Source: a virus. Taken from it: 64,000 bases of DNA. Below the pieces are notes generated by a model. That model worked only from the letters and a program-made list of their open reading frames with translations. It was not told the DNA's origin and made no database searches. Made by a program: the position numbers and the translations under genes. The number at the start of each line of letters is the position of its first letter. Within the stretch, counting starts at the first letter, position 1. Below are positions 48,581-57,648 of the stretch, piece by piece. The stretch covers positions 25,767 through 89,766 of IMG/VR virus record IMGVR_UViG_3300034355_001150; one strand, given 5' to 3'.

Positions 48581-49935
48581 TACACATCTCCAAAACAGAA
48601 ATCATTGATTAAATTGTTGTATTTTTTAGTATTCTGGACAACCACGTCTAATATCGGCTCATTCAGAATTCCCTTATCTAAGATCATCAAAGCTATCTCA
48701 ATATCAATTCCGACAAAATCATAAAATTCTTCGGATGATTGCGCAGAGTAAATAATGTTCTCCAAACACTCTTTGTACGTTTCTCCGCTTGGATATAGAT
48801 AATGAACATTTCTCGCAGACCGATTTATCGTCTTGATGGCCTCATTTATTATCGTCTCAATATCTTTATCACTTTTGCGATTTTTCGGCCTTTTGCCATC
48901 TGTTTCAGTTACATAATTTTTAACAGCATCAATTGCATTTTTGCCTTGATGTCCTGGTCCAGCAATACGATTCGCGTTTTCAAGATGTTCAACGATGTCA
49001 CGTGCCAAATCAATATTTACAGTAACATCGGCCACCCGAAGTAGATTTTCATTATCATTCAGAATGGTGAACATTTCAGATTCAGTTACCTCAACCGCCG
49101 TTCCATACTTCACTCTAAAACAATCTATGCTTGATAAAACAAAGCGAGTCGCGGTTGGAAAATCCATCCCTTCGCTTTTATGAACCTGCATGATCTCTTC
49201 TACTAATAGCTTTTCTATATTTTCAGAACGATTTGGGTCAAAGCTAAGATCAACAATGTGTCCATACTCTTTTGATTCACCAGAGAATGTGTTACCCGGT
49301 GTCAAACAACGACTTACTTTTTGAATAGTAGTATCTACCGATCCTCTATCATAAGCAATAACTGATGCTTGAATTTCAGATATACTGTATGATCGTGAAC
49401 CCATCTGATTTGATATTATAATCAAACCATCCTTGCCAGCGATTTTTGCCTCGTTTATTTCCCGAATCGTTTCTGATTCTGCTTCTTTGTTGCTGGTAAA
49501 ATCACCGTTTAATATTTTGATATGATAATTAGGGATAGCCCTGATAGCGATATCTTTAATCTGCCGCATTTCCTTGTTGTTGGCACTCACCAACAACATA
49601 AAGCAATCAACAGATTCGCCGGTCAAATTGCTCAAGTTCAATTCTTGTCGTAGAGGTTCTTCTCCGATAAAACTCTTGAATAATTTTGTGATAAACGATT
49701 TATTTCCATTGGGTTTTCCCCATATTTTTGCCCAAGAAGGCTGAACTTCTGGCTCAAGCGATTCTATATCATGCTTGAGTGTATCTACTTCCAACATGAA
49801 GAATTTTCGTTTTATAATACTTTCTTCGGATTGCTCTAATTGACTATAAGCGGTATAAATAACCCCATCAACTTTTGGCGCACCTTTGGCCAATCTCTGG
49901 ATGTTGGTTCCAGAGGCATATATTTTTATTAGCAT
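48580..49935 (-). CDS. SF2 (restriction-type) helicase C-terminal part
   Basis: Begins with motif-III-like YASGT, has MGSRSYSI and motif-VI-like IQKVSRCLTP. TAATG-coupled to MTase cassette 1. Confidence 0.7.
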   Translation of the reverse strand: MLIKIYASGTNIQRLAKGAPKVDGVIYTAYSQLEQSEESIIKRKFFMLEVDTLKHDIESLEPEVQPSWAKIWGKPNGNKSFITKLFKSFIGEEPLRQELNLSNLTGESVDCFMLLVSANNKEMRQIKDIAIRAIPNYHIKILNGDFTSNKEAESETIREINEAKIAGKDGLIIISNQMGSRSYSISEIQASVIAYDRGSVDTTIQKVSRCLTPGNTFSGESKEYGHIVDLSFDPNRSENIEKLLVEEIMQVHKSEGMDFPTATRFVLSSIDCFRVKYGTAVEVTESEMFTILNDNENLLRVADVTVNIDLARDIVEHLENANRIAGPGHQGKNAIDAVKNYVTETDGKRPKNRKSDKDIETIINEAIKTINRSARNVHYLYPSGETYKECLENIIYSAQSSEEFYDFVGIDIEIALMILDKGILNEPILDVVVQNTKKYNNLINDFCFGDV

Positions 49936-49959
49936 AGTTCATTTTGGTGTTTATTGATT

Positions 49960-50784
49960 TCATGAAAACAAAAAATCTACTTTTTTAATTTGATTGTCGG
50001 TATGAGTGCCGAAATCTCCCTCGTCGGCGAAAACAAATATATCGTCATTTTTCAAATCTGATATCCATTGATGTTTTTCGCACCATTCATCATAATCTCC
50101 GTGAAGTGAGATAGGAACAACTACTCGTTGACCATTAGATAAAGCATTTTCAACTTTGAATGAGGCATCGTCGTCATTGCAATCAATCAATGCAATGTCC
50201 AAAAAATCATCATAGTCCGATAATGCATTTATGAATGATGAATGCACACTGAGCCAATACGCTGGCAACAGCATAATTCTATTGTTGTATCTTTCGCAAA
50301 CAGCATTAAATAGCATCAGTGACCATATTGTTTTGCCAAATCTCGGGCATAAATTTGCGGCAATCGTTGGCGAATGATCGGTTTTATCTATTATTTCTAA
50401 TGCGTCATTTAATGCTTTTTGTTGTAAGTCACGAAGTACAACCTTGTTTCTTACTCGTTTTCCCTCCATGGATTCAACCAAGTCATCAATGTAACGATGA
50501 GCGTCATCAATAGAGGTACCGGGAATTTTAAACCATTCGGTTCCTGCACCATCTTTGTGGTGCAATCCTTTCCTGGTCAATACTTTATGAACTTCGTAAT
50601 CACGCTTGATATTCTGAAGATTATTCCATGAGCCTACTCGGATTTTTGCTTCATACTCTGATGCACCTCCCTGTTCTGCTATTCTAACGTCAACATCACG
50701 AATACTATCGCCCACTTTGGCCAAAATAAACCCATCATACTTGCATAATGCCGAAGGATAAGTGTACGCATATAAATTGATCAT
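49960..50784 (-). CDS. GIY-YIG/T5orf172-like nuclease fused to SF2 helicase N-terminal part (start MINLYAY)
   Basis: LYAY...KVGDS.RDV..RI.EQ...D..VH..L...GTEWF nuclease domain, LRDLQ Q-motif, Walker A CPRFGKT and Walker B FADEGD. Confidence 0.75.
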   Translation of the reverse strand: MINLYAYTYPSALCKYDGFILAKVGDSIRDVDVRIAEQGGASEYEAKIRVGSWNNLQNIKRDYEVHKVLTRKGLHHKDGAGTEWFKIPGTSIDDAHRYIDDLVESMEGKRVRNKVVLRDLQQKALNDALEIIDKTDHSPTIAANLCPRFGKTIWSLMLFNAVCERYNNRIMLLPAYWLSVHSSFINALSDYDDFLDIALIDCNDDDASFKVENALSNGQRVVVPISLHGDYDEWCEKHQWISDLKNDDIFVFADEGDFGTHTDNQIKKVDFLFS

Positions 50785-50789
50785 GCTGC

Positions 50790-51266
50790 TCACTCTCCCC
50801 AATTATCAAATAGCGTGTGTTTATGTAATTCATCATCGTTAAAGTTTGTTCCATTGAACTCATATCCATAGGTTAAACCATCATGGCATACTATGTTCTT
50901 CTCAACAATGTGAGAATATTCTGATTTACCACATAATAAACGCTCTCTGCACAGAGTAACATTATCTTGCATAATATCAACGCCAAAAACTGTACTCAGG
51001 GCTTGTTTAAACCCATGACCGTTCTCTAGCTTACGAATAAGAACTTCGCTTAAAAATTGCCCATCGCCGCAACTTGGATCAAGAAATGTTTTAGTTGGAT
51101 CCGTAAATGAATCTTTTGGTAATAGGTCCAATATCTCTTGCACCAATGGCGTGGGTGTGAAGCACTCCCCTGTGCTTTTTATGCGGGACATTTCTCGAAC
51201 AGTCCCGGACATGAATTCTCTATCGCGCATATGCGATATAGCTGATTGTAATTCTTCTTTCGTCAT
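50790..51266 (-). CDS. Stand-alone SAM-binding half of an adenine methyltransferase (158 aa)
   Basis: Motif X GECFTP, motif I FLDPSCGDGQFL, motif II FGVDI and motif III NIVCHDGL. Ends before any NPPY. Confidence 0.85.
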   Translation of the reverse strand: MTKEELQSAISHMRDREFMSGTVREMSRIKSTGECFTPTPLVQEILDLLPKDSFTDPTKTFLDPSCGDGQFLSEVLIRKLENGHGFKQALSTVFGVDIMQDNVTLCRERLLCGKSEYSHIVEKNIVCHDGLTYGYEFNGTNFNDDELHKHTLFDNWGE

Positions 51267-51331
51267 AATTCTCCTATTATAATATGGTTAAGATTACCTC
51301 AATTTGCTAATTACTTAAAGTCATTTTGCGA

Positions 51332-51358
51332 TAAAGGGATCATGACATGATCCCTTTA
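51332..51358. terminator. Hairpin, probable terminator upstream of the methyltransferase locus
   Basis: TAAAGGGATCATG-A-CATGATCCCTTTA palindrome. Confidence 0.6.
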
Positions 51359-51365
51359 GTTTTTG

Positions 51366-51734
51366 CTATGTTGAATCAATTTTTGGCTTTCTTGGCAATT
51401 TAAGTCCATGCTCAACCATGTGCATAAACGATTCAACGTCCGTTACATGATAATCTATATCGTCAATTGTCACATTGGGTCTGTCGCTCGTTACATCAAA
51501 CTCTGGCATTTCATGCAAAAACCAATCAATCCAATCTCTCAGTTCTTTTCCTAGAAATAAATCCAATACAAGTTGAGTTTGAAAATAGTATGTATTGGTA
51601 TATAAATTTTCTGATATAACTTCCTCTAATGAGGGATCCACAGAACGCAAGTCGCGTCTATACTTGTCCAAGTTCTCATTGTCTGATTTTAACCGAGTTG
51701 CGATTTCTCTAAAATCTTCAAGATATACATTCAT
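51366..51734 (-). CDS. Hypothetical protein
   Basis: Packed ORF. No family recognised. Confidence 0.6.
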   Translation of the reverse strand: MNVYLEDFREIATRLKSDNENLDKYRRDLRSVDPSLEEVISENLYTNTYYFQTQLVLDLFLGKELRDWIDWFLHEMPEFDVTSDRPNVTIDDIDYHVTDVESFMHMVEHGLKLPRKPKIDST

Positions 51735-51737
51735 GGT

Positions 51738-52154
51738 TTATTGACAAACCTTTACATAGCGAGGATTGCCAGCTTGATCATACACGGTTTCGCCATGGCA
51801 ATTGTTGGCCGCAGATGGTTGAGAATATCCATTAGCAGGATGACCCGCAGATTGTGGATATTGCTGTTGTGGATATCCTCCTTGTGGCTGTTGGCCGGTA
51901 GGTTGACCATTCTGGTTAACGTAGATTACTTGAGGTGGTGCTTGTTGAACTTGTACTGGGTCAGGTTGACTCATCTTATTAACAATGCCGCTAACAAGAG
52001 CAACACCAGCCTGCGCCACGCCCATGCCCAGTGGACTTGAGTACCAATTCGATGATCCAAATTGCTGATTCATCGTATATTGTTGGTTATATGGACCATA
52101 GGCATTTGCATTACATGAGACAAGAATCGCACCGATAAAAAGTAACTTTTTCAT
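51738..52154 (-). CDS. Exported Gln/Pro/Gly-rich protein (start MKKLLF)
   Basis: GAGG RBS, signal peptide ending ANA, and an early promoter at 52186-52213. Confidence 0.65.
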   Translation of the reverse strand: MKKLLFIGAILVSCNANAYGPYNQQYTMNQQFGSSNWYSSPLGMGVAQAGVALVSGIVNKMSQPDPVQVQQAPPQVIYVNQNGQPTGQQPQGGYPQQQYPQSAGHPANGYSQPSAANNCHGETVYDQAGNPRYVKVCQ

Positions 52155-52185
52155 TGTAATCACCTCTTTGTTTATAGTGATGTGT

Positions 52186-52213
52186 ATTATACACACATTT
52201 TTTCAGTTGTCAA
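52186..52213 (-). promoter_or_regulatory. Early promoter TTGACA-16-TATAAT
   Basis: TTGACAACTGAAAAAATGTGTGTATAAT. Confidence 0.75.
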
Positions 52214-52219
52214 GCAAAT

Positions 52220-52480
52220 TCAAAGATATTCGTTCTGATTTTTATTCAACGGGCAAAACTTAGTAGACCAACGATCATACTCAGTGATAGCATAAGGAGC
52301 ATAATCATAGGTTTTTCCATTTGAACACCACTCGCATTCATATCCATTAGCCCAACTTCGGCTAATGCGTTCCCATCCTGCGTTTTTGTTGGATGTTCTC
52401 ATGCCCACCCTAGCGCCTTGTTCAGTGCTATAAGTGGCCACTTTTTCGCCAGTTTTTATATAAAAAAGAATGTATGTCAC
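52220..52480 (-). CDS. Hypothetical protein
   Basis: GAGG RBS and GTG start. Confidence 0.6.
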   Translation of the reverse strand: MTYILFYIKTGEKVATYSTEQGARVGMRTSNKNAGWERISRSWANGYECEWCSNGKTYDYAPYAITEYDRWSTKFCPLNKNQNEYL

Positions 52481-52489
52481 GGTTAAACC

Positions 52490-52690
52490 TCAAACAAAAT
52501 CAATTTGAACTTTATGACCGTCCGTGTCTGTTAAAGCAATACCAACTGATCCATCGTTGGATTGAAGCAACTTAGCATAAGCTCGTTGCACAATCTTATT
52601 TATTCTTTCAGAATCACCAACGCCTTTCTGAATAGCGTTGCTTGAGGAATAAAACGATACATCATTGACAATAACACGAATCTTTTTCAT
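52490..52690 (-). CDS. Hypothetical protein
   Basis: AGGAG RBS. Confidence 0.6.
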   Translation of the reverse strand: MKKIRVIVNDVSFYSSSNAIQKGVGDSERINKIVQRAYAKLLQSNDGSVGIALTDTDGHKVQIDFV

Positions 52691-52702
52691 GATAATTTGC
52701 TC

Positions 52703-52987
52703 CTATCGGCAGTTATATTGGCAAGGTTGTTGATATTGTGGTTGATACTGTTGCTGTTGTGGGTATGACGGGTCGTTGTTGTTGATAATGATTGGCGGAC
52801 TCTGTTGGATTATAGTCGAATAGTTGAACGAGGGGGATGGAATAGCATAACCATACCCCATCATTCCATAAGGCATCCCGTATCCATAACCACCATATCC
52901 ATAGCCACCGAATCCGCCATAGCCTCCCCACCATGCGTTAGATGCCGAACATACCAACATTAGTGTGATAAAAGATAAAATTTTCAT
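52703..52987 (-). CDS. Exported Gly/Tyr- and Gln/Pro-rich low-complexity protein
   Basis: Signal peptide (..ASNA) followed by WWGGYGGFGGYGYGGYGYG. Promoter TTGACA-17-TACAAT at 53024-53052. Confidence 0.65.
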   Translation of the reverse strand: MKILSFITLMLVCSASNAWWGGYGGFGGYGYGGYGYGMPYGMMGYGYAIPSPSFNYSTIIQQSPPIIINNNDPSYPQQQQYQPQYQQPCQYNCR

Positions 52988-53059
52988 AGTGTCTCCAATA
53001 AGTAATTTCTGACCACGGATAGAATTGTACTACCAAAAATCAAAAGTGTCAACTATTTT

Positions 53060-53971
53060 TCACGGATTAGTAACCGCGCTGCCACCTTCTCCGGTTTCTT
53101 CCGATGGTGTCAACGGCAATGTAATCTCAATAGGGATGTTAGTGGCATAATTCACACCAGATGATGACATGCTGGTTTGATTAACGCCCTCTCGCAGACA
53201 TCCTATCACACTCTGCCCAGATAGCAACTGCATATTTGCAATGGATTGGATAAACCAATGATTGCCACCGGGCCTGAGATCAAGTCCTTGTTGTGGCAAT
53301 GTTCTTATCCATGCGGTCATCGCTAAATCATCACCAGCGCCCAAATCTGACCAATCTAAGCCAGCTTTTCCTTGTAGCTTTACTTCATTTATGACTTGGT
53401 CGTCTGCCGAGTTCCACCTATTGTTCAATAAAGATTGTTGGAATGGATATAAAGCAATGATGTTTGCTATTTCGGCTAATGCCGCAGGAATCAATCCATC
53501 AGTAAACGCTGTTTCTATTGAAGAATATGTTCCAGCAGCCGGTTTTTCGGCTGGAATAACAACCGGACCACTTCCGTAATCGCCACTGACCGTAGATTTC
53601 ATGGTGGTGTATATTGATTGAAGACTGGACGTATCCATTTCGGACAATATATTAACGATAGCAATGTAATTTAAGCCAATAATTCCAGCAAGTGAACCAA
53701 AAAAATCAGCTATAACAAATGTTCCACCAGGCCCAGAACCAACAGCAACTTCGTTCGCAAAAAAATCAGCGACTTCTTTTGGTACTGGTTGAGTCAATTT
53801 GTTAACCAATGGAAGATCAGAACATGTCCTCATCGGAGTAGCAGCAGAGGCTATCTCCTTTAATTTAATAGATGGATTTTTTGATATCTGTTGCAGCGTT
53901 ACTGATAACGCCTTATTAGCTAATGCAATATCGGCTGGTAAAATTTGTTGCAGTCTGTCTAATGCTATCAT
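53060..53971 (-). CDS. Putative baseplate/tail-associated structural protein
   Basis: Coupled downstream of PAAR and 53968..55308. The call rests on gene context only. Confidence 0.5.
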   Translation of the reverse strand: MIALDRLQQILPADIALANKALSVTLQQISKNPSIKLKEIASAATPMRTCSDLPLVNKLTQPVPKEVADFFANEVAVGSGPGGTFVIADFFGSLAGIIGLNYIAIVNILSEMDTSSLQSIYTTMKSTVSGDYGSGPVVIPAEKPAAGTYSSIETAFTDGLIPAALAEIANIIALYPFQQSLLNNRWNSADDQVINEVKLQGKAGLDWSDLGAGDDLAMTAWIRTLPQQGLDLRPGGNHWFIQSIANMQLLSGQSVIGCLREGVNQTSMSSSGVNYATNIPIEITLPLTPSEETGEGGSAVTNP

Positions 53972-55308
53972 GCAGTTGATCTCAGTGTATATGCTGGCAA
54001 TGATTGGCTCAACGTAGAGTTTACACCAGTTGCGCTGATATAAATGGGTTGATATCCATCTTTTGTCGGAACTTTCATCGTTTTGTAGCTGTTAGGAAAT
54101 AGCTTCATGGGGTTTAAAAGATCAGCCGCAGTTTCTAAGTTTTTTGTTTTTACATTAAGAACTTTTGTAATCTGAGCTAAGGCATCACCAGTTATTAACG
54201 ATAATGCCTTATACATCAATTTTTGAGTCTCGTCGGATACACTTGCATTCACCGAGCCTATCGCTCCAACAACTTGTTGCTGAATGCCCACCGTTAAAAA
54301 GGCAACTGATAAAATAGGTAAATATCCCGTAACGCTAATTATTTGTCGTACCAATGCTAATGGACTTCCTAAATCATTCAAGTTGTCCAAGTTAATCAGT
54401 TTTCCTAAATTATTGAGGTCAAATGAGAATTGTTTTATATTTGGATTTATTGAAGATACCGCTCCTGTGATTAAATCCGACATTCCATTGAATGTATTCT
54501 GTAAGTAGTTTTGCCCTATATTTGCGCTATTGATAAATTGATTTGCTTGAGACATATATCCTTGAATGAGATTATATGCCTGAACGAAAATAGTGTAGTC
54601 ATAAGGCAATTTACTTCTATCAGTGGTATCAGGGTCTTGTATACCACCGGCACCCAAGTATAAGTTGTGTAATTTTTTTACAAATTTATCATACTTTTGA
54701 TCTTGTGCCCAACATTTTCCAATCCAGGGAATGTTTGCGACATTACCATCTTTTGGGTATTCTACGAAATCACTCATCAAGAATGGATAATATACATTTC
54801 CTTCTGTTTTTGGAACCGTGTCTTTAAAGCAAGATAACAAGTCAAAACTGGTGTATCGGGTATTGGCATTTGCATCAACTAAATTAACGAACTGACCAGA
54901 TGGCGTAACATGTTGGCAAATATTTACTGTTCCCGTACAGATAGTATCACCACAAGTAACCGTAACAGAGGTTCCTGCACGAATGATATTGGAAATCATT
55001 TTCCCTTTTAGAGAGGTAATTCCCATAGTCGAGTATAAATTTGGTCCTGATCCAGTAAAAATTGTAACATTTCCACCAGAATTGCTTAATGCAGGGCAAG
55101 CAGGAGATAATGTACTTAAACTGTTTATTGTGGCAGTGGACAATACTCCAGAATCCGTTGCTATTTGAATAGTGTCAATTAACGGTTTTATCAAGGGCGA
55201 ATTTAAGTAAACAACCTTTCCGTCTGTGTTGGACACGTTTGCGCATAGTCCTTGATTCTGCAATAACCCGGCAGAGGCATTAATCTGAAGAGGAGTTAAA
55301 TTCATCAA
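53968..55308 (-). CDS. Putative baseplate/tail-associated structural protein
   Basis: Directly downstream of the PAAR gene. The call rests on gene context only. Confidence 0.5.
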   Translation of the reverse strand: MMNLTPLQINASAGLLQNQGLCANVSNTDGKVVYLNSPLIKPLIDTIQIATDSGVLSTATINSLSTLSPACPALSNSGGNVTIFTGSGPNLYSTMGITSLKGKMISNIIRAGTSVTVTCGDTICTGTVNICQHVTPSGQFVNLVDANANTRYTSFDLLSCFKDTVPKTEGNVYYPFLMSDFVEYPKDGNVANIPWIGKCWAQDQKYDKFVKKLHNLYLGAGGIQDPDTTDRSKLPYDYTIFVQAYNLIQGYMSQANQFINSANIGQNYLQNTFNGMSDLITGAVSSINPNIKQFSFDLNNLGKLINLDNLNDLGSPLALVRQIISVTGYLPILSVAFLTVGIQQQVVGAIGSVNASVSDETQKLMYKALSLITGDALAQITKVLNVKTKNLETAADLLNPMKLFPNSYKTMKVPTKDGYQPIYISATGVNSTLSQSLPAYTLRSTA

Positions 55309-55578
55309 CTATCCTACAAACACGTTAAATGCCCCTCCGATTCTTACATCTCCGCAAGAATCAACGTCTCCCATTTTAATTACGGGTAGACCATTGCATA
55401 TCACTTGAAATTGAGTGGGTATAGTCACTGCACCAACGTGATAGTAGCTATGCGGAGAAACCGGCATACCCATAACAGCAATTGGAAGACCATTTACCAA
55501 TACATTAGGAATGCCCATCATAATGGCACCACCACCTGTGTTTACATCTCCCAATCGTTGTACAGGCATAGGAATCAT
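55309..55578 (-). CDS. PAAR-domain spike-tip protein (T4 gp5.4-like)
   Basis: PVQRLGD..TGGG...VLVNGLPIA..G..V.PH...H...V..NGLPVI..GD..SCG...NVFVG. Confidence 0.9.
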   Translation of the reverse strand: MIPMPVQRLGDVNTGGGAIMMGIPNVLVNGLPIAVMGMPVSPHSYYHVGAVTIPTQFQVICNGLPVIKMGDVDSCGDVRIGGAFNVFVG

Positions 55579-55582
55579 GGCA

Positions 55583-55882
55583 TTATCCCATCAGAATTTT
55601 GCTTGATACTGGCTTAATGCCAGTAGTCGTCTCAATATATCCGTCTGATACTTCTCTGCGAGCAACAACGATCATAGCGCAGTGTGCTTTGAAAAGCGTT
55701 ACATCAGCTTCAGGATCACCGGTAACCACTCCGGAAATCATCTGAACACCCTGTGGGCCAGCAATAACAACCAATGGCTTAGTCAGAGTATAGGTAAGCT
55801 CATCTTCTGCTATGATTTTGGTCACAAGTTCATCACCATAACTGGTCTTAATTACATAAATTTCGTCAAAACTGATATTCAA
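55583..55882 (-). CDS. Conserved phage hypothetical protein (Sm-like fold possible)
   Basis: IKTSYGDELV.K...LTKPL...YIETTTGI pattern. Confidence 0.65.
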   Translation of the reverse strand: MNISFDEIYVIKTSYGDELVTKIIAEDELTYTLTKPLVVIAGPQGVQMISGVVTGDPEADVTLFKAHCAMIVVARREVSDGYIETTTGIKPVSSKILMG

Positions 55883-55883
55883 G

Positions 55884-56696
55884 TTATTCTCCGTTAAAAA
55901 TTATTTTTGTCAATAAGTCTATGCCATCTATGGCATTCATTTGCATAGATATATCTTGTTTGCGTGATATATCCGGTTCATATAGGTTTATCCTAATCAA
56001 TTTGCTGGTTCTTTCTGCACCAAACCATCTAATAGATGGGATAGTTTTACCAGCCCCTATCTCAATTCCGACAATGTTTTTCTTATCAGATTCCCATTCG
56101 GTATATGATCTTTGTTGTTCGTCCACCCGATTGAAACAAAAAGCAGGATCATTGAACATCATTACTTTTGGTCTCAAATAGCTACCGCAATTTGGGCAGG
56201 TTGGTATATCTTTTTCGCTGGTCAGTACATCAGTAAAATTCGGCATAGGCCAATCTTCGCGTGTGCATTGATCAACACATTGAATATATCGCAAATTACC
56301 GTGAATTTCAAGCAATTTGTTTGAATCATATCCAGCCTTTAAAAAGTGACCATCAACATTGGATGTTACCGAGAATATATCCTTTCCTAATTCTTTAAGC
56401 CTCAGTAATTGTACATATCCCTTATGAGGAGTTAATGACATTCCGGTTATCAATCTGGTAATATAAAAGTTCCATGCTTCCAAAGGATGAATGGCAAATG
56501 CGTCGGCTGTAGCAAATTTCATGAAATTACTTTGCTCACTTGTCCATATTCCATCTTTTCCCCTAAAGTCCGGTATTCCAGAATCAACGCTCATACCCGC
56601 CCCAGATAGAATAACAATCCCATCTGCTTCATCAATCATCTTTTTGATTTGATTATCCAGCACAGCTTTCGCATTCTCCTTTACTAGCTTGAACAC
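55884..56696 (-). CDS. Sir2/sirtuin-family NAD-dependent deacylase
   Basis: GAGMSVDSGIPDFRG, TSNVDG, EIHG, Zn-binding Cys pairs, LRPKVMMF, IGAG and RIN motifs. The start may be ~56639. Confidence 0.92.
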   Translation of the reverse strand: MFKLVKENAKAVLDNQIKKMIDEADGIVILSGAGMSVDSGIPDFRGKDGIWTSEQSNFMKFATADAFAIHPLEAWNFYITRLITGMSLTPHKGYVQLLRLKELGKDIFSVTSNVDGHFLKAGYDSNKLLEIHGNLRYIQCVDQCTREDWPMPNFTDVLTSEKDIPTCPNCGSYLRPKVMMFNDPAFCFNRVDEQQRSYTEWESDKKNIVGIEIGAGKTIPSIRWFGAERTSKLIRINLYEPDISRKQDISMQMNAIDGIDLLTKIIFNGE

Positions 56697-57648
56697 CCGA
56701 TTCTGATCTAATATAATACAATGATTTAATCAACGGATCATTAAATGCCATCTGATGAACTTCTGAGATATATTCTTCTGATTCATCTGACGAGAAAAAT
56801 AGATTGATGGATTGCGCTTGGTCTATAAATTGCTGTCTTACTGAAGCTAATCTTATAATGACCTTTTGATCAATTTCAAATGCCGTTTTAAATACTTTTT
56901 TCTCTTCTTCGTTTAACCATTCAACATCTTGCACCGAGCCATTATGATTGATTACTTCGTTGATGTGCTTATCATCATAAATTCCTTTTTCCTTCAACAG
57001 TTCCAAAAATACCGGATTGATTCTGTTCATTTCTCCAGCAGCAGAACCTTGTACGTAGACATTTTTATAAACGGGTTCAATTCCCTGTGATACGCCTCCC
57101 ATAATTCCGGCTGTTGATAGCGTTGGTGCAACAGCCAATAGATGAGAATTTCTACGATTATATCCTCTGCACCATTCTGGTTCGCCAAATGCTTCTGCCA
57201 TCCATCGTGTTGCCTTTTCTGATTCTTCTTTAATTTTTTTGAAGATTTCTGCATTCTTAAAGTGAGCTTCTATTGATTCAAACGGAATCATATTTAATTG
57301 CAAATAGGTATGAAATCCCATTACGCCAAGTCCTAATGCTCTTGACTTTTCCGTGAACCTGACTGCTTTTTCTAAACCTTTTATTTTTTTACCAATAGAA
57401 ATAAACTCAGATGCGACACAGTCTAAGAATACAGAAGAAACAAAAATAGTATCGGTATCTTTCCATTCATCATACTTAGCTAAATTCAACGAAGATAATA
57501 CGCATGTATAGGTATGTTCATCATCGGAGAACAACGTGATCTCTGTGCAATTATGAACCAAAATGTCGTTTCCGAAGAAGTTATTATTGTCTTCTACTGT
57601 TATATCATAAACATCTTCTAGATAGTCAACCTCTTCAATTAATAGCAT
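56653..57648 (-). CDS. nrdA: Ribonucleotide reductase class Ia alpha, C-terminal fragment preceded by split-intein C-half
   Basis: VYDITVEDNNNFFGNDILVHN|CTEI, then CVLSSLN, RALGLG, AVAPT, DQAQS, SLYYIR and a C-terminal CESC. Confidence 0.95.
   Translation of the reverse strand: MLLIEEVDYLEDVYDITVEDNNNFFGNDILVHNCTEITLFSDDEHTYTCVLSSLNLAKYDEWKDTDTIFVSSVFLDCVASEFISIGKKIKGLEKAVRFTEKSRALGLGVMGFHTYLQLNMIPFESIEAHFKNAEIFKKIKEESEKATRWMAEAFGEPEWCRGYNRRNSHLLAVAPTLSTAGIMGGVSQGIEPVYKNVYVQGSAAGEMNRINPVFLELLKEKGIYDDKHINEVINHNGSVQDVEWLNEEEKKVFKTAFEIDQKVIIRLASVRQQFIDQAQSINLFFSSDESEEYISEVHQMAFNDPLIKSLYYIRSESGVQASKGECESCAG
57550..57648 (-). other. Split intein C-terminal half (33 aa)
   Basis: Block F VYDITV and block G HN, followed by +1 Cys. 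Confidence 0.9.

Noticed and set aside
49936-49962. Stop read-through or a sequencing error joining the helicase halves
   Set aside because: Three in-frame stops (TGA, TAA, TGA) would have to be bypassed, so a single error or read-through cannot explain it.
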